Under the pieces are notes generated by a model that was given only the letters and a program-made list of their open reading frames with translations, did no database searches and was not told the origin of the DNA. A stretch of DNA of 63,677 nt, the filler included, from Octopus bimaculoides (Eukaryota), in the NCBI RefSeq assembly GCF_001194135.2. It is 7 parts of 7 records of this genome, joined end to end, with 100 filler letters (N's around TTAATTAATTAA, not from the genome) between each part and the next. Parts side by side here need not be neighbours in the genome. Positions count along the whole stretch, not along the records: positions 1 to 11,873 come from NC_069002.1; positions 11,974 to 37,277 come from NC_068999.1; 5 more parts are not named here. One strand, given 5' to 3'. Positions within the stretch are counted from its first letter, which is position 1. The number at the start of each line of letters is the position of its first letter. Both the position numbers and the translations under genes were made by a program. Positions 11,705 through 23,739 of this stretch are shown here, in pieces.

Positions 11705-11873
11705 CGCAGGAGTGGCTGTGTGGTAAGTAGCTTGCTTACCAACCACATGGTTTCGGGTTCATTCCCACTGCGTGGCACCTTGGACAAGTGTCTTCTCGGG
11801 CCGACCAAAGCCGTCTGAGTGGATTTGGCAGACGGAAACTGAAAGAAGCCCGTCGTATATATGTATATATATA
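11705..11873 (+). mobile_element. SINE family A, 5' half (other pieces: 1478-1600, 4493-4815, 6440-6610, 17125-17235, 28270-28445, 44080-44128, 45082-45245, 49740-49852)
   Basis: Head gcgcaggagtggctgtgtggtaag..ggttc.ggttca.tcccactgcgtggcaccttgg.caagtgtctt, then gacggaaactgaaagaagcccgtcg running into a microsatellite; tail gtttacgtcccc.taacttagcggttc...gcagtcaaatgactga. Confidence 0.88.
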
Positions 11874-11973
11874 NNNNNNNNNNNNNNNNNNNNNNNNNNN
11901 NNNNNNNNNNNNNNNNNTTAATTAATTAANNNNNNNNNNNNNNNNNNNNNNNNNNNNNNNNNNNNNNNNNNNN
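11874..11973. other. Artificial scaffold join: 44 N + TTAATTAATTAA + 44 N (also at 37322, 45290, 50534, 57536, 61992)
   Basis: Identical 12-mer with stops in all six frames, centred in 100-bp N blocks, six times. Confidence 0.95.
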
Positions 11974-12012
11974 GTGTGTGTGTGTATGTATGTATGTATA
12001 TATATGTGTATC

Positions 12013-12310
12013 AAAAATAATAAATAATAATGATGTGTTTTGAAAGGCACAATAATGCACTATAATAACAACAAAGAACTATAATAACTGATGTAATTTA
12101 ATCACCCATAGTCTAATATAATATTTCGGAATATGAACATTCCTTCTTCAGATATCGATCAATTCCTAAGGATATCTGAAGAAGGAATTTTTATATTCCG
12201 AAATATATCAGACTATGGGGGATTAAATTACATCAGTTATTATAGTACATTGTTTGTTATTATAGTGCATTGTTGTGCCATTCAAAACACTATTATTATT
12301 TATTATTTTT
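12013..12310. repeat. Foldback palindrome or MITE: two imperfect arms of about 140 bp around a 14-nt loop
   Basis: 12013-12156 is the approximate reverse complement of 12171-12310 (e.g. ttccttcttcagatatc / gatatctgaagaaggaa; ataataactgatgtaatttaatc / gattaaattacatcagttattat). Confidence 0.9.
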
Positions 12311-13099
12311 TACAAACAATACACAATGCTTCAAGCGAACTACAATACTCTCCTATATGTATGTATGTATGTATGTATGTATATAAATATATATATATAT
12401 GTATGCATATACATATATATGTATGTATATATATNNNNNNNNNNNNNNNNNNNNNNNNNNNNNNNNNNNNNNNNNNNNNNNNNNNNNNNNNNNNNNNNNN
12501 NNNNNNNNNNNNNNNNNNNNNNNNNNNNNNNNNNNNNNNNNNNNNNNNNNNNNNNNNNNNNNNNNNNNNNNNNNNNNNNNNNNNNNNNNNNNNNNNNNNN
12601 NNNNNNNNNNNNNNNNNNNNNNNNNNNNNNNNNNNNNNNNNNNNNNNNNNNNNNNNNNNNNNNNNNNNNNNNNNNNNNNNNNNNNNNNNNNNNNNNNNNN
12701 NNNNNNNNNNNNNNNNNNNNNNNNNNNNNNNNNNNNNNNNNNNNNNNNNNNNNNNNNNNNNNNNNNNNNNNNNNNNNNNNNNNNNNNNNNNNNNNNNNNN
12801 NNNNNNNNNNNNNNNNNNNNNNNNNNNNNNNNNNNNNNNNNNNNNNNNNNNNNNNNNNNNNNNNNNNNNNNNNNNNNNNNNNNNNNNNNNNNNNNNNNNN
12901 NNNNNNNNNNNNNNNNNNNNNNNNNNNNNNNNNNNNNNNNNNNNNNNNNNNNNNNNNNNNNNGTAATGCATCTTACAGCTGTGCCTGTCACCTGTATGGT
13001 GAGGAATCCTACATTGGGGAGTAGTAACGACTAGGCTAGGGTAGCTGACTGATTATCGTGATCATTCGTCTTTTGGTTTCCTGTAGCTTTGCTCTCTTT

Positions 13100-13521
13100 T
13101 ACAAACCCAGTGAACACATATATATTTCCGATTTCAAAGAAATTCAAACAATACATATTACACACAAGTTAAAAAGATTCCCAACAATTCAACTTCTCTG
13201 GTTGACATTAACACCCCCACCCCCAATAGGGGCCTTCATTCCTACATTTTAGAGCTCCATTAGCTCCATTTTTCAGGAGCAAAGTCCTTTTTACAAGTTC
13301 CAGAAGACTGAAATTTTGGAATATGTGCATAAATATCAATAATATGGGATAGGTGTCTCATGATTAGAATTTTTTAGGGTGTGTAAAGAGGGAAAGAACC
13401 CTCATGTGCAATTTTGATGAAATTCGAATCATATGTATTCCAGTTCCTTACAGAAAATATACCAGAAAAGTCTCATTCTTCAATTGCATGTAACACGGGC
13501 AACGCCGGGTATCTCTGCTAG
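13100..13521 (+). mobile_element. Non-autonomous Helitron-like element, 3' terminus (5' boundary approximate)
   Basis: GC-rich subterminal motif ACGGGCAACGCCGGGT followed by CTAG|T at 13518-13522, the canonical Helitron 3' end. Confidence 0.65.
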
Positions 13522-13982
13522 TTACAATCTAAAAGAATTATACTGAAATGTTTGCAGAAATTGTAATTTCCCTTAAAATTTTCACACTCACATACAGTAA
13601 GTGATACTTTACTATGCATTATCAGCTAATGTAGTGTCACCACAAAAACAGACATTATTTTCTGTGAATCTAGCACTGCAGGATTTCTTTGATACTGCAA
13701 CAAAGCTCAAAGTACAATAATTAACTTAATTTTCACCTAATCATATTTTAGAGTATGAAGGGTGGATTGAACTTTCTTCTGAAAATCTTTCAAGAAGAAT
13801 TGTTCTATAGGCTTTGAAGATGACATTCAGGAACCTGCCGGTTGTTCTTGACTTCTCATCGAACCAGTTTGACGTTTGTTTCCTGTTATTAATTACTCAT
13901 GCAGCGGGCGTCCCTGGATATTTTCTCCGAGCCATACTTATATTCATATAGGTACCTCTCTCTTTGACACCCACACGTATGT

Positions 13983-14014
<32 letters not shown>

Positions 14015-14089
14015 CCTAACCCAAGATGAAGTTGCGTCATACGGCGAGTTTTGACAATTTTAAACTTGGAAATGTTTCTTCTTTCCTAG

Positions 14090-14153
<64 letters not shown>

Positions 14154-14437
14154 NNNNNNNNNNNNNNNNNNNNNNNNNNNNNNNNNNNNNNNNNNNNNNN
14201 NNNNNNNNNNNNNNNNNNNNNNNNNNNNNNNNNNNNNNNNNNNNNNNNNNNNNNNNNNNNNNNNNNNNNNNNNNNNNNNNNNNNNNNNNNNNNNNNNNNN
14301 NNNNNNNNNNNNNNNNNNNNNNNNNNNNNNNNNNNNNNNNNNNNNNNNNNNNNNNNNNNNNNNNNNNNNNNNNNNNNNNNNNNNNNNNNNNNNNNNNNCA
14401 CATACATACATACACACACTCACAAACACACATACAT

Positions 14438-14475
<38 letters not shown>

Positions 14476-15323
14476 TCACACACACACACAAGAATACGAA
14501 CGTTTCTATTCATGCAGACATTTGTAACTTTGATACATACACTAGATAATGCAGAGATTTGAATGGAAATTTTCACAATTTCTCTCTTGTGTATTCACGT
14601 GAAAACACAGACACACATGCACAAATACAAAGGTATACACACACACACGCACACACATACGCGCGCACACACGCACACACACGCACACACGCACACGCAC
14701 ACACACACACATCTGGTGCACTTTATACTCACAAGCGTGCATGCACACACACAAGTATACTCGCGTATACACCTACAGATGGACAGTAGTTTTCTGTGTA
14801 CTTTTTTGTCGTTTCTATTGGTTTTGATTGGGAAGTGAATGGTCAAAGTTGGTCTGCAATAGAAACTAATGATCGATGCAACATTATCTATTTCCTTGCT
14901 TGTTATCATTTGAAAGAACCAACAAACAAATCGTTCTCCCATTGAATGTTATCATGTCTGCTTCGATGCTGACATTTTATCTGAACAAAACCCAATAAAG
15001 ATTTTAAAATTATCTTACATTCTTCCTGCATTTCTGTTGTCAATCTTATTCTTTCCATAACGACCCATAAAAGAACAGAAGAAATAAAGTTTGCCTTAAT
15101 GTCGGCCGCTAACGTACTTGCTACAAGTCTGATGGTGCAATGACCAGGTATAGAGTGCATTTGTTTGCTAGTTTACATTACTGAGTAACAGTTCACCATA
15201 TATTTTTATCCAGTCGTATGAACATTCATAGACTTTACAATCCTTGCCAACTAGGCGAACGATTAAGGTTCAAATTATATAGTTGTGCATTAGAGATTGG
15301 AGGGTAACATAAGAAGAGAAAGA

Positions 15324-15380
<57 letters not shown>

Positions 15381-15381
15381 C

Positions 15382-15413
<32 letters not shown>

Positions 15414-16387
15414 AGAGAGAGAGACTTATCAAAGCATGCAGTTCTAGGAAACATGGATTAGGTCATAATTATGGAAAGAAAAAGAGAAGCAGGGTTTATT
15501 AGGACTGACAAAATTCATCCCTTTTTGAGAGTATCGGTGTAGATAGCAAACTCGTGTCCTCTAGTAATAAACTAAAATTTGTACGCTATCATCAAATATC
15601 ACAAAACATATATATGCATAACTCACTGTTACGCGCACATGTACATAACTATCATATATCCATTACTTATAATATAGAATTGTGCTTTCTGTAAGTTGGT
15701 ACTTTGATTCAGTAGTAACTGACTCCCACGTTATATGCTATGGTTGACATCCTCTCGACCCGACGCTGAGGAGAAGAGGCTGTTACGGTATTGATAACTA
15801 ATTGTTTGTTATTGCTGCAAACTTAGTATTACTGGAATATTCAACTACAAACTGCTTCTCAGAATATTTTATATGCGACCAATATGTGGTATTTATGATA
15901 TAAATTATAGGTATCTTTATGTTAGTTGCATTTGGGTTTTTAAGTCAAACGAAATAATTTAGTATGGTTTTCAGTCCCGTCTTCATTTTTATCTGTTCTC
16001 AATGTCAGAGAGGCTGTGCATTTTGAAAATAACCACTCGAAAATTTGCCTGCGTTTCCGAATATTTTTTCATTCGTTTTTCTGACTTTACAGATGTACAT
16101 CCTATAAATTAATATTGTACAGGGTATTACGAATTACTGCATATAATGAATATTCGTTGATTGACACTACCGGTTGAGGCCTGTGAATAAGAGAGAAAGA
16201 TGAGAGTGATGTGAACTACCGTGCAGAGTAAAACGACCGATCCGTACAAATCTTAAAGTAGCTCTCTGTAAGTTGAAATAGCTCGGCTTTTAATAATAAT
16301 CGGTCCAGAAGGCTCTGGAAGCCGTTTGGCAGGGAAATTTGCACACATCCTTTGAAATTGCTTCTTCAGCCATAAATAAACCAACCA

Positions 16388-16431
16388 TTGCTGATTAGTC
16401 AAATCATATTTGCTGATTAGTCAAATCATAT
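16388..16431 (+). repeat. 22-bp perfect tandem duplication
   Basis: ttgctgattagtcaaatcatat twice. Confidence 0.9.
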
Positions 16432-16652
16432 TCGCATTAATACCTTTTATGGCAACTCTTCCTTTTATGGAAACATATCAGGCCGTGATTCTAGATTGGG
16501 AAAATTTGAGAACTATGGTTCAAATGTCAGGTTCTCACTAGTCTTTATATAGCTCAGGTTTATTTAAGAATATCGGGTGCAAGTCAGAATGATTTGTCAC
16601 CAGATGACACCCCAGAATTATTTAATTTGTAAGATTATACTCCATTTTATAC

Positions 16653-19427
16653 TTCATTTAACATAAGTTTTCGTATATGTACTGAGTAGTCCTTGGTTAA
16701 TACTTTGGTAAGATACGGTGAAGCTAGACTTTCACTAATGAAATTAAAAAATGGTGAAATATATCTGGAGTTGCTTCTCGTAGCTGCCGGAAATAAATTA
16801 AGAACAGTATTAGTCATCAACTAATATATTTTTCATTTCATGTTTGACCCTGTTTTAGTATTTTAATGTTCCACCCATTAAATCTGCTTTCACCCACTGA
16901 GATGACAGAAATGACAGTATTCCGTCCTCTTCAGAAACTAACTAAGCAATCAACATTATTCTGTTATCGACACCCTCAGAACACAGACTAAATTAGTTGG
17001 TTGTTATAATTACATATGTACATCAAGTAAATTCACTGTACTGAGATAAGATATTGCAATAATAATTTCTGTTTCATTGGAATTCAAGCAACCGAACGCC
17101 AAATACGCTCTTGTTGGTTTGTTTACGTCCCTGTAACTTAGCGTTTCGGCAAAAGAAAAACTGCTGGAACCGATTTGTTCGACTAAACCATTCAAGGGTT
17201 GCCGTCGAATGATTGAAACGAGTAAAAGATAAAAGATATGTATATATTTTCAAATGCACATACATACACACTAGCTAATACTCTCACACCTACCTACCTA
17301 CCTACCTGCCTACCTACCTACCTACCTACCTACCTACCTACATGCATAACGTGCATGAGAAACATCTTTCAGTTAACCAACTTTCATTTATTCGATCATT
17401 TAACAGTTGCTCACACGTTTATGTACAAACGCATACTTCGGGTTTTAGAACAAATTTTGTTGTTGTATAGCTCCGGGTCTTTTCTGATTGACCATTCTAA
17501 CCATGATTATATTAGGTATCGATGACAATAACTCAATGTGTCGTTTTCTAGGGTATGATTACAGGGATATTTAGTTAGTATTTGTTGCTGGCTGGGTGAT
17601 TACGTAGAAGTTTCTTGATCGGGCAGTTAGAGTATACTATAGAAGAGGTAGGAGATGACAATTTTCATCATTAAATACTTGAAAAGTCAATTTTATTCAA
17701 TTTTATAACCCATCTAATTTTAGTAAATATTTGGCAATATATTGCTCTCAGAACCAGTGGCGGCTCGTAGATAGAATTAGTTGGAGTGCTGCTTCAGAAA
17801 ATATTTAGCCGTTGTTTTAATATTGTGTAAAAGGAAACAAATATATAAAAAAAAGGTATACTTAGACTTGATCGGTTCGTGTTTGGGCCACTGCTGGATA
17901 GTGCGTTTAATTTGTTCAATGAATAACACCGCGAATTCCCCCTTGTTTTTCAAAAATTCACACTAAATCACAAAATAAGGCGGGCAAAATAAGCAGGATA
18001 ATAATCTNNNNNNNNNNTTGATCGGTTCGTGTTTGGGCCACTGCTGGATAGTGCGTTTAATTTGTTCAATGAATAACACCGCGAATTCCCCCTTGTTTTT
18101 CAAAAATTCACACTAAATCACAAAATAAGGCGGGCAAAATAAGCAGGATAATAATCTAATTCTACACTTTATCACATTCAAGAATATAAACACGTTTTTA
18201 AGCACAACACACGCGGAGTAAAAAAGAAACACTGCCTTTCACCGGACACCGAAGTGGGCACAGTCGTTCACACAGTACTGTCTCTCCCTAGCATGAAGCT
18301 TACTATCTCAGACATGTGAGCATGCACACAACAGCCAAACACCGCGTCGTTGGAACTGTGAAGCGCACGGTTCTATACAAACATTTTTGTATTTTTTCCA
18401 TAAACTAAGGGATGGCTACTGACATTAAGCTTAAGGATTATATAATGTAAATTGCATAAAAAAGAATTAAAGAAAAAAAGACTCATTATATTGAATGTTA
18501 TTGATAATATCGAGTGGAAATAAGGGGTGCTGCACTTCCGCAGTGCCTATACACGAGCCGCCACTGCTCGGAACTCACTTTGGAACATCACAGTTTGAAT
18601 TTCGGATTTCCTGTGCAGAAGTATTTTCTCAAAGCTTATTTATTTACAAAATCTGTTTTATTAAATAAATTCCATTGTTTTCTGTAACAGCTTATTTATG
18701 CCTTCTGCTCTTCATCACTCCATCATTGTTTGAGATAACTATAAAAGCTAATTATCTGTTGTATATAATATATTGATTATTCATGAAATGTTGACCGGCT
18801 GTGTGAATGAAGATGACAGATATTTGGAGGAAGTTCGGTGCTTTGTATTTCTGAGTTCATACCGTACTTCACACATCACTTCTATCACTGTGTTCACATA
18901 CCATTTCTAGCTTTTCTTTTCTTCTTTTTACCGCCAGTGATGATGAAATAAGTGTGAAAGTGTGTGGCTTAGTGGTTAGGCTATTCGACTCAAGATCGCA
19001 AGGGCATGTTTTCGATTCCCAGCAGCGCGTTGTACCCTTGAGCAAGACACTTTACTTCATATTACTCCAGTCCACTCAGCTTGTAAATGCGAGTAGTACC
19101 TGTAGTACCCGAGAACTACGTTATAAGTACGCGTACTTGTGGATTGCTCAACTACTTGCACATTAACTTCACGAGCAGGCGGTTTTGTTGATCAACTGGA
19201 ACCCTCGTCGTCGTAACTGACAGGGTGCCAGTTTGATGAAATAAGTGCAAGTGGAAAATACTGGGCTGAATAAATTGGCAGGATTCTCTTTCCCCTTTTA
19301 AAATAGTTATATGCCTTGTAACATTAAACAATTTAGTAAGAATGGACGATACCAGATTGTTGATTTCTATATCGTTTCTACGTACACTGATGTTGATGTT
19401 AGATTCCACGGTGTTACACTTTATGCC
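16653..19427 (-). CDS. Candidate additional 5' ectodomain exons of the EVC2-like gene (about 19385-19427, 17604-17636, 17437-17496, 16875-16941, 16653-16783)
   Basis: Short stop-free segments with AG/GT ends whose phases chain into the phase-0 acceptor at 11579; several splice sites are weak and an assembly linker lies in between. Confidence 0.25.
17755..18566. mobile_element. hAT-type MITE, copy 1
   Basis: TIRs CAGTGGCGGCTCGT / ACGAGCCGCCACTG; 8-bp TSD CTCAGAAC/CTCGGAAC; contains a 140-bp gap-overlap duplication. Confidence 0.88.
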
Positions 19428-19702
19428 TAATTATCATATAATTATAGCAGAAACAGTAAAGAACAAGACCATTTTACATTATTTAGTATCTTCTCTTTAT
19501 ATGCTCAATTAAAACTTTTCTTTACTTTTCGTCCCTCTTGGGTTCATAAAATGTTTCAGATCGGGCCGTCCTAGCAGCATCACTGGCTCCCGGGTAAATA
19601 AAAGCACTGGATCTTATAGTTTTTTAAAAAATTTATTGACAGTGAGCAACAGATCAAAATTGAGCCCTTAGACTTGTGAGGCATCTGGAAAACTGCCTAG
19701 TG

Positions 19703-22065
19703 CAGGGTGTTGGCAACCTTTTTGCGAGTCCGTGCCAAAACTGGCAAAATCTCTGACACAAAATTCTTCCACGTGCCAACCAAATGTTTTTGAGAACATA
19801 TTAGGCTACTTGATATCTCTTAAGAAAATGTATGTTAAGAACTTTTTAAATAAATGATAAAAAATCACCACAGTATATAATGATGGAAAATGTATTTATT
19901 GACCTTCAAAGTTAAATCTAAACAACAATGAACCTTTGCCACTTTCAAAAGGAAACATCAGATAAAATATCAGTCCAGTAGAAAACTTGCAGACAACCTT
20001 TGCCACTTGAAAAAGAAAACATCATTCAGATGAAATATCAGTTTGACAGAAAACTTGCTGATTCCTTTCGATATACATATATATACAATATTATTAGTGG
20101 GAATTCTGCTGCTGCATCACTGATGACGGAGATTTTGCATCGAGTTTATATTTTGTAACCTTCAGAGATATGCATGTACTACTAGTTTCATCCGCCAGAT
20201 TACTGCTATTACAAGACTTAACAGTTCATCACTGAGAACAAGGATTCACAGGCATATGTTGATGAAAACATGGATATCAGTGCTGCTGCAAAGTTTTTTA
20301 AACTGGGAAGATTTTCTGGAATGGCATTCAAGTCCTTGATAATTCGTTATCCGCACTCCTCTCTGACACACCTATCTCTAATCGCTTTTTTTCAATATTT
20401 TCTAAGTCAGCTCTAAGGTCAATAAATTTTTGCTCCCAAATTTAGCTACGTTGAAATTCAATCAATGGCATTTCAAATCAAGCATGTCTACCCATGTAAA
20501 CATTTGTAAGTTTAGTTCTTCCAGTTTGATAATGTCTGAAAACTTCATGAATTTTGCTGTCTGTTCCAGTTCCCTGAATTTAGCAAACCCTGTGAAAAAA
20601 ATGCTCAATAGTTGACTCGATAACGTTTACAAACAGCTTTTGAAGATATTGGCGCTCTGTTCTGTCATCTTTTGAGAGATCATTGGCGTACACCTATTAA
20701 CTTTGGGAAGTATCTAAATCTCTCATTGTCCACATCCCTCTTAAAAACCTCTAGATTCATTTCGAAAGCCTTTATGTAACCAAACATAACATCAAGTGCC
20801 CTGTAATTTAACATTCAAATATTCACAAAAATCTGCAAAAACACCAGTTTACAAACCCACACGATGTCAGACAACTCTTGATAAGAAATATGTTGGTCAT
20901 GCGAAAAGAGCTTTATCTCATTTAAGTATTCAACAAATCGTTGCAGAACTAAACCTCGGCTAAGCCATCGAACATTGTTGTACATTTTCAGTCCTTTATA
21001 CACAGATTCTACCTCATTCAGTAAAACTTGAAATTGTCTCTTATTTAAAGCTCGAGCAGAAATGTAATTAACAACCTTGGTAACTGTTTCCATCACTTCC
21101 TGAAGTTCCTTCAGGTAAGTTTTTGCGCATAAAATATGATGCAATAAAAACCTATCAGTATATGACCAACTTCTTTTGCAAACAGATTTATAAATCCTGC
21201 CTTCTCACCAGTCATGCTGGGGGCACCATCTGTTGTGACGGATACTACTTTTGAAACGTCAAAATGGTAAGAAGGGCGCGGCGCAAAGATCAGTAAAGAA
21301 AAGACAAAGCATGCAACAAATCGGGTAATTTTATGGCCGCGAATAATTTGACGTTTACAGTAAATCATTTCAAGAAGCGATGACATATGCAACAGTTCAA
21401 GCTCGAGGTAACAATTCGGTGTATGCATAATCTCGTATGTATGCAATACATGTACTCTATATGCACAATGTACACACAACAACTACGATGAAAACATTAC
21501 CACGGTCAATTAACTATATCCAGACTTGCATGCGGGCTGAATTTAGCAGTATCAACTCGCGGCCCTCTAAATACGATTTAGTTACTTGAACATCGACGGA
21601 CATCATATGACCTGCGTAACAAAAATTACAAGACAGTACCGGCTTATTTATTAGAAATTGTCGAAAAAGTCGTGATATTATTGTATACAAGCTGTACAAG
21701 TATATTTGCTGTATTCATAAGTCATAACAAATAGCATGATAGGAAATCAGGGAAGAACTGCATACAGGTAAGTATATTTTTCAACTTAGGTTTAATATAT
21801 AGATCGAATCTGCATTACAAAGAAAAAAATCTAGAAAGATTATCTATTCTTACAAGAATTTCTAATCTGACTGGATATACGTTCTATGGAACATGTTTTA
21901 CACTCGTATATAAAATGTAAAATGTATCTGAGCAGTAAAAAGTCACTATATACTATTGAGAGAAAGTCGTTAAGTGGGGGGTTACTAGAGAGAGGGTTTC
22001 ACGTACCAGAAACAAGTTATTGGTGTGCCATGTTTAGCACACGTGCCACGGGTTGCCCACCCCTG
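19703..22065 (-). mobile_element. hAT (Buster/GTF2IRD2-SPIN type) DNA transposon, degraded and internally deleted
   Basis: Imperfect TIRs CAGGGTGTTGGCAACC / GGTTGCCCACCCCTG; perfect 8-bp TSD GCCTAGTG (19695-19702, 22066-22073) with central TA; transposase motifs SVTTDGAPSMTG, VRWLSRGLVLQRF and SMFSSTYACESLFS on the minus strand, with frameshifts and stops. Confidence 0.92.
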
Positions 22066-22699
22066 GCCTAGTGTGTCTATACCTTAGGACGTTACTGGTG
22101 TCAAAGATGCATTTTGGATCAAGTCACGTGACCATTTCTAGTCTATAAATCTATAGATTTCATACACAGCTACAAAGCTTCATAATTATAAAAGAATCTT
22201 ATTTTAAAGAAAGAAGAAATAGAAATTTGCCAAATCTATGACATTACCAAAGTAGAAGTGGTGAAAGTAAAGAATAATTTCTTAAACCATGAATCGAAAC
22301 AAGGTAACAGATACAGCAATTCGAGAGTTTACCTTTTTTATCTTTTCTTCTCTCTTAAATTTTTACCCAAGGAGGGAGTGTGTGTGTGCTGAGGGGCACG
22401 TGCCCCTTCAAGTAAAAAAATGCGCCCTTCTAAATAATGTTATTACGCCCTTTTCTCCTGGAATTATATTCCCTTCTGACTTTGTGCCCTTCCTTCGAAA
22501 AATTCCTGGGACCACGCTTGATTATTTATTTGTTTCGAATCGTCTATTACTTTAAATTTCGGCGAGACCCTTTAAAATTTTCATTCTTTTCTCATAAATG
22601 CATCTAATAGTCAGTTAATTTCATATCCGCAAATTATTTTATTTCGTAATACTCACTCCACAATTCACAATTTACCCCACTCACACGATCATATTTTCC

Positions 22700-23160
22700 A
22701 TTTAAAAAAATGTCGGTAATTTATTCATTCTCCCACTCGCGCTTCTTCTTTCACTACTCTACATTTTTCAGTTTTCTAAATATCATTTATTCTTTCTGAC
22801 AGCCAGTAGCTTCTGCAGACAAATAATTTCCCTGCCCATCGATAATCTCTCCTCCTACAAATAGTACGCCCACAAACAAATTTCTGAATCAAACAGCCCT
22901 CGTTACTGTCAACCATTTCGAAAACATGAACACAGTAGTTTTTCTTTTTAACATAAAAAAAAAAAATTGTGAGTGCTTAATTATTACATAAATTGCACAC
23001 CTGCTAATTAGTGTGTGTTTATCAGCAAGTTTAGAAATCAGAATGGCCTTTGGAATTAAACATTGTTTTCTTTTTGAAGAGTCGGAAGATCGATTTCTTT
23101 TAGTGGTTTTGTCGTTACTGTTGTAAACAGCTTTATATACGAAATAAATATTGAATTGTG
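22700..23160 (-). mobile_element. Possible very old hAT transposase C-terminal remnant
   Basis: LISKLADKH and LFVGGEIIDGQGNYLSAEA..MIFRKLKN loosely match the hAT dimerisation domain. Confidence 0.3.
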
Positions 23161-23424
23161 ACAACCTTGAGATACTTTACGTCTATTTAATGTAGTGTCG
23201 TGATGTAGAAGTGTAGTTGTATTTGTAAGAGTTCTACTTTATGTATCGTGTCAATACTCAAATGATTTCATATTAACTGTTTCAATATTTCCTTTGAACA
23301 AAATAAAGGAAATAGGAAGATTGCCAGATTATCTGCTATTGTGCTGTAATCCGAATAAAATACTGAACGCTTCCCAGCCCATCTGCTTGCCATTTATAAT
23401 AGAGTGCGCATTACGCGCGTGCAC

Positions 23425-23504
<80 letters not shown>

Positions 23505-23739
23505 CAACTTGGTAGTAGAGCACCAGAACAATTAAAAACTATCGGATAAAATTCACAGTTTGTAACTTTTGACTTCGTTCCAACGCAGGCGAACCGAGGA
23601 ACTTCTACAGGCTTGTTCAACCTGCTACTGTCACACGTTGGCGAAGTACGTAAGGCAGGTTCATTTCCCGTTTGAAACATTTCATTTCGATTATTCTTCG
23701 TAAAATATTAACTGTTCTAGAACTTTAAAATGGAGACTG

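Noticed and set aside
14595-15160. Minus-strand ORFs as EVC2-like 5' exons
   Set aside because: Donor near 15018 is phase 1 and does not match the phase-0 acceptor; no clear signal peptide
17868-18157. 140-bp direct repeat inside the MITE
   Set aside because: Exact copy on both sides of a 10-N gap and absent from MITE copy 2; unmerged contig overlap
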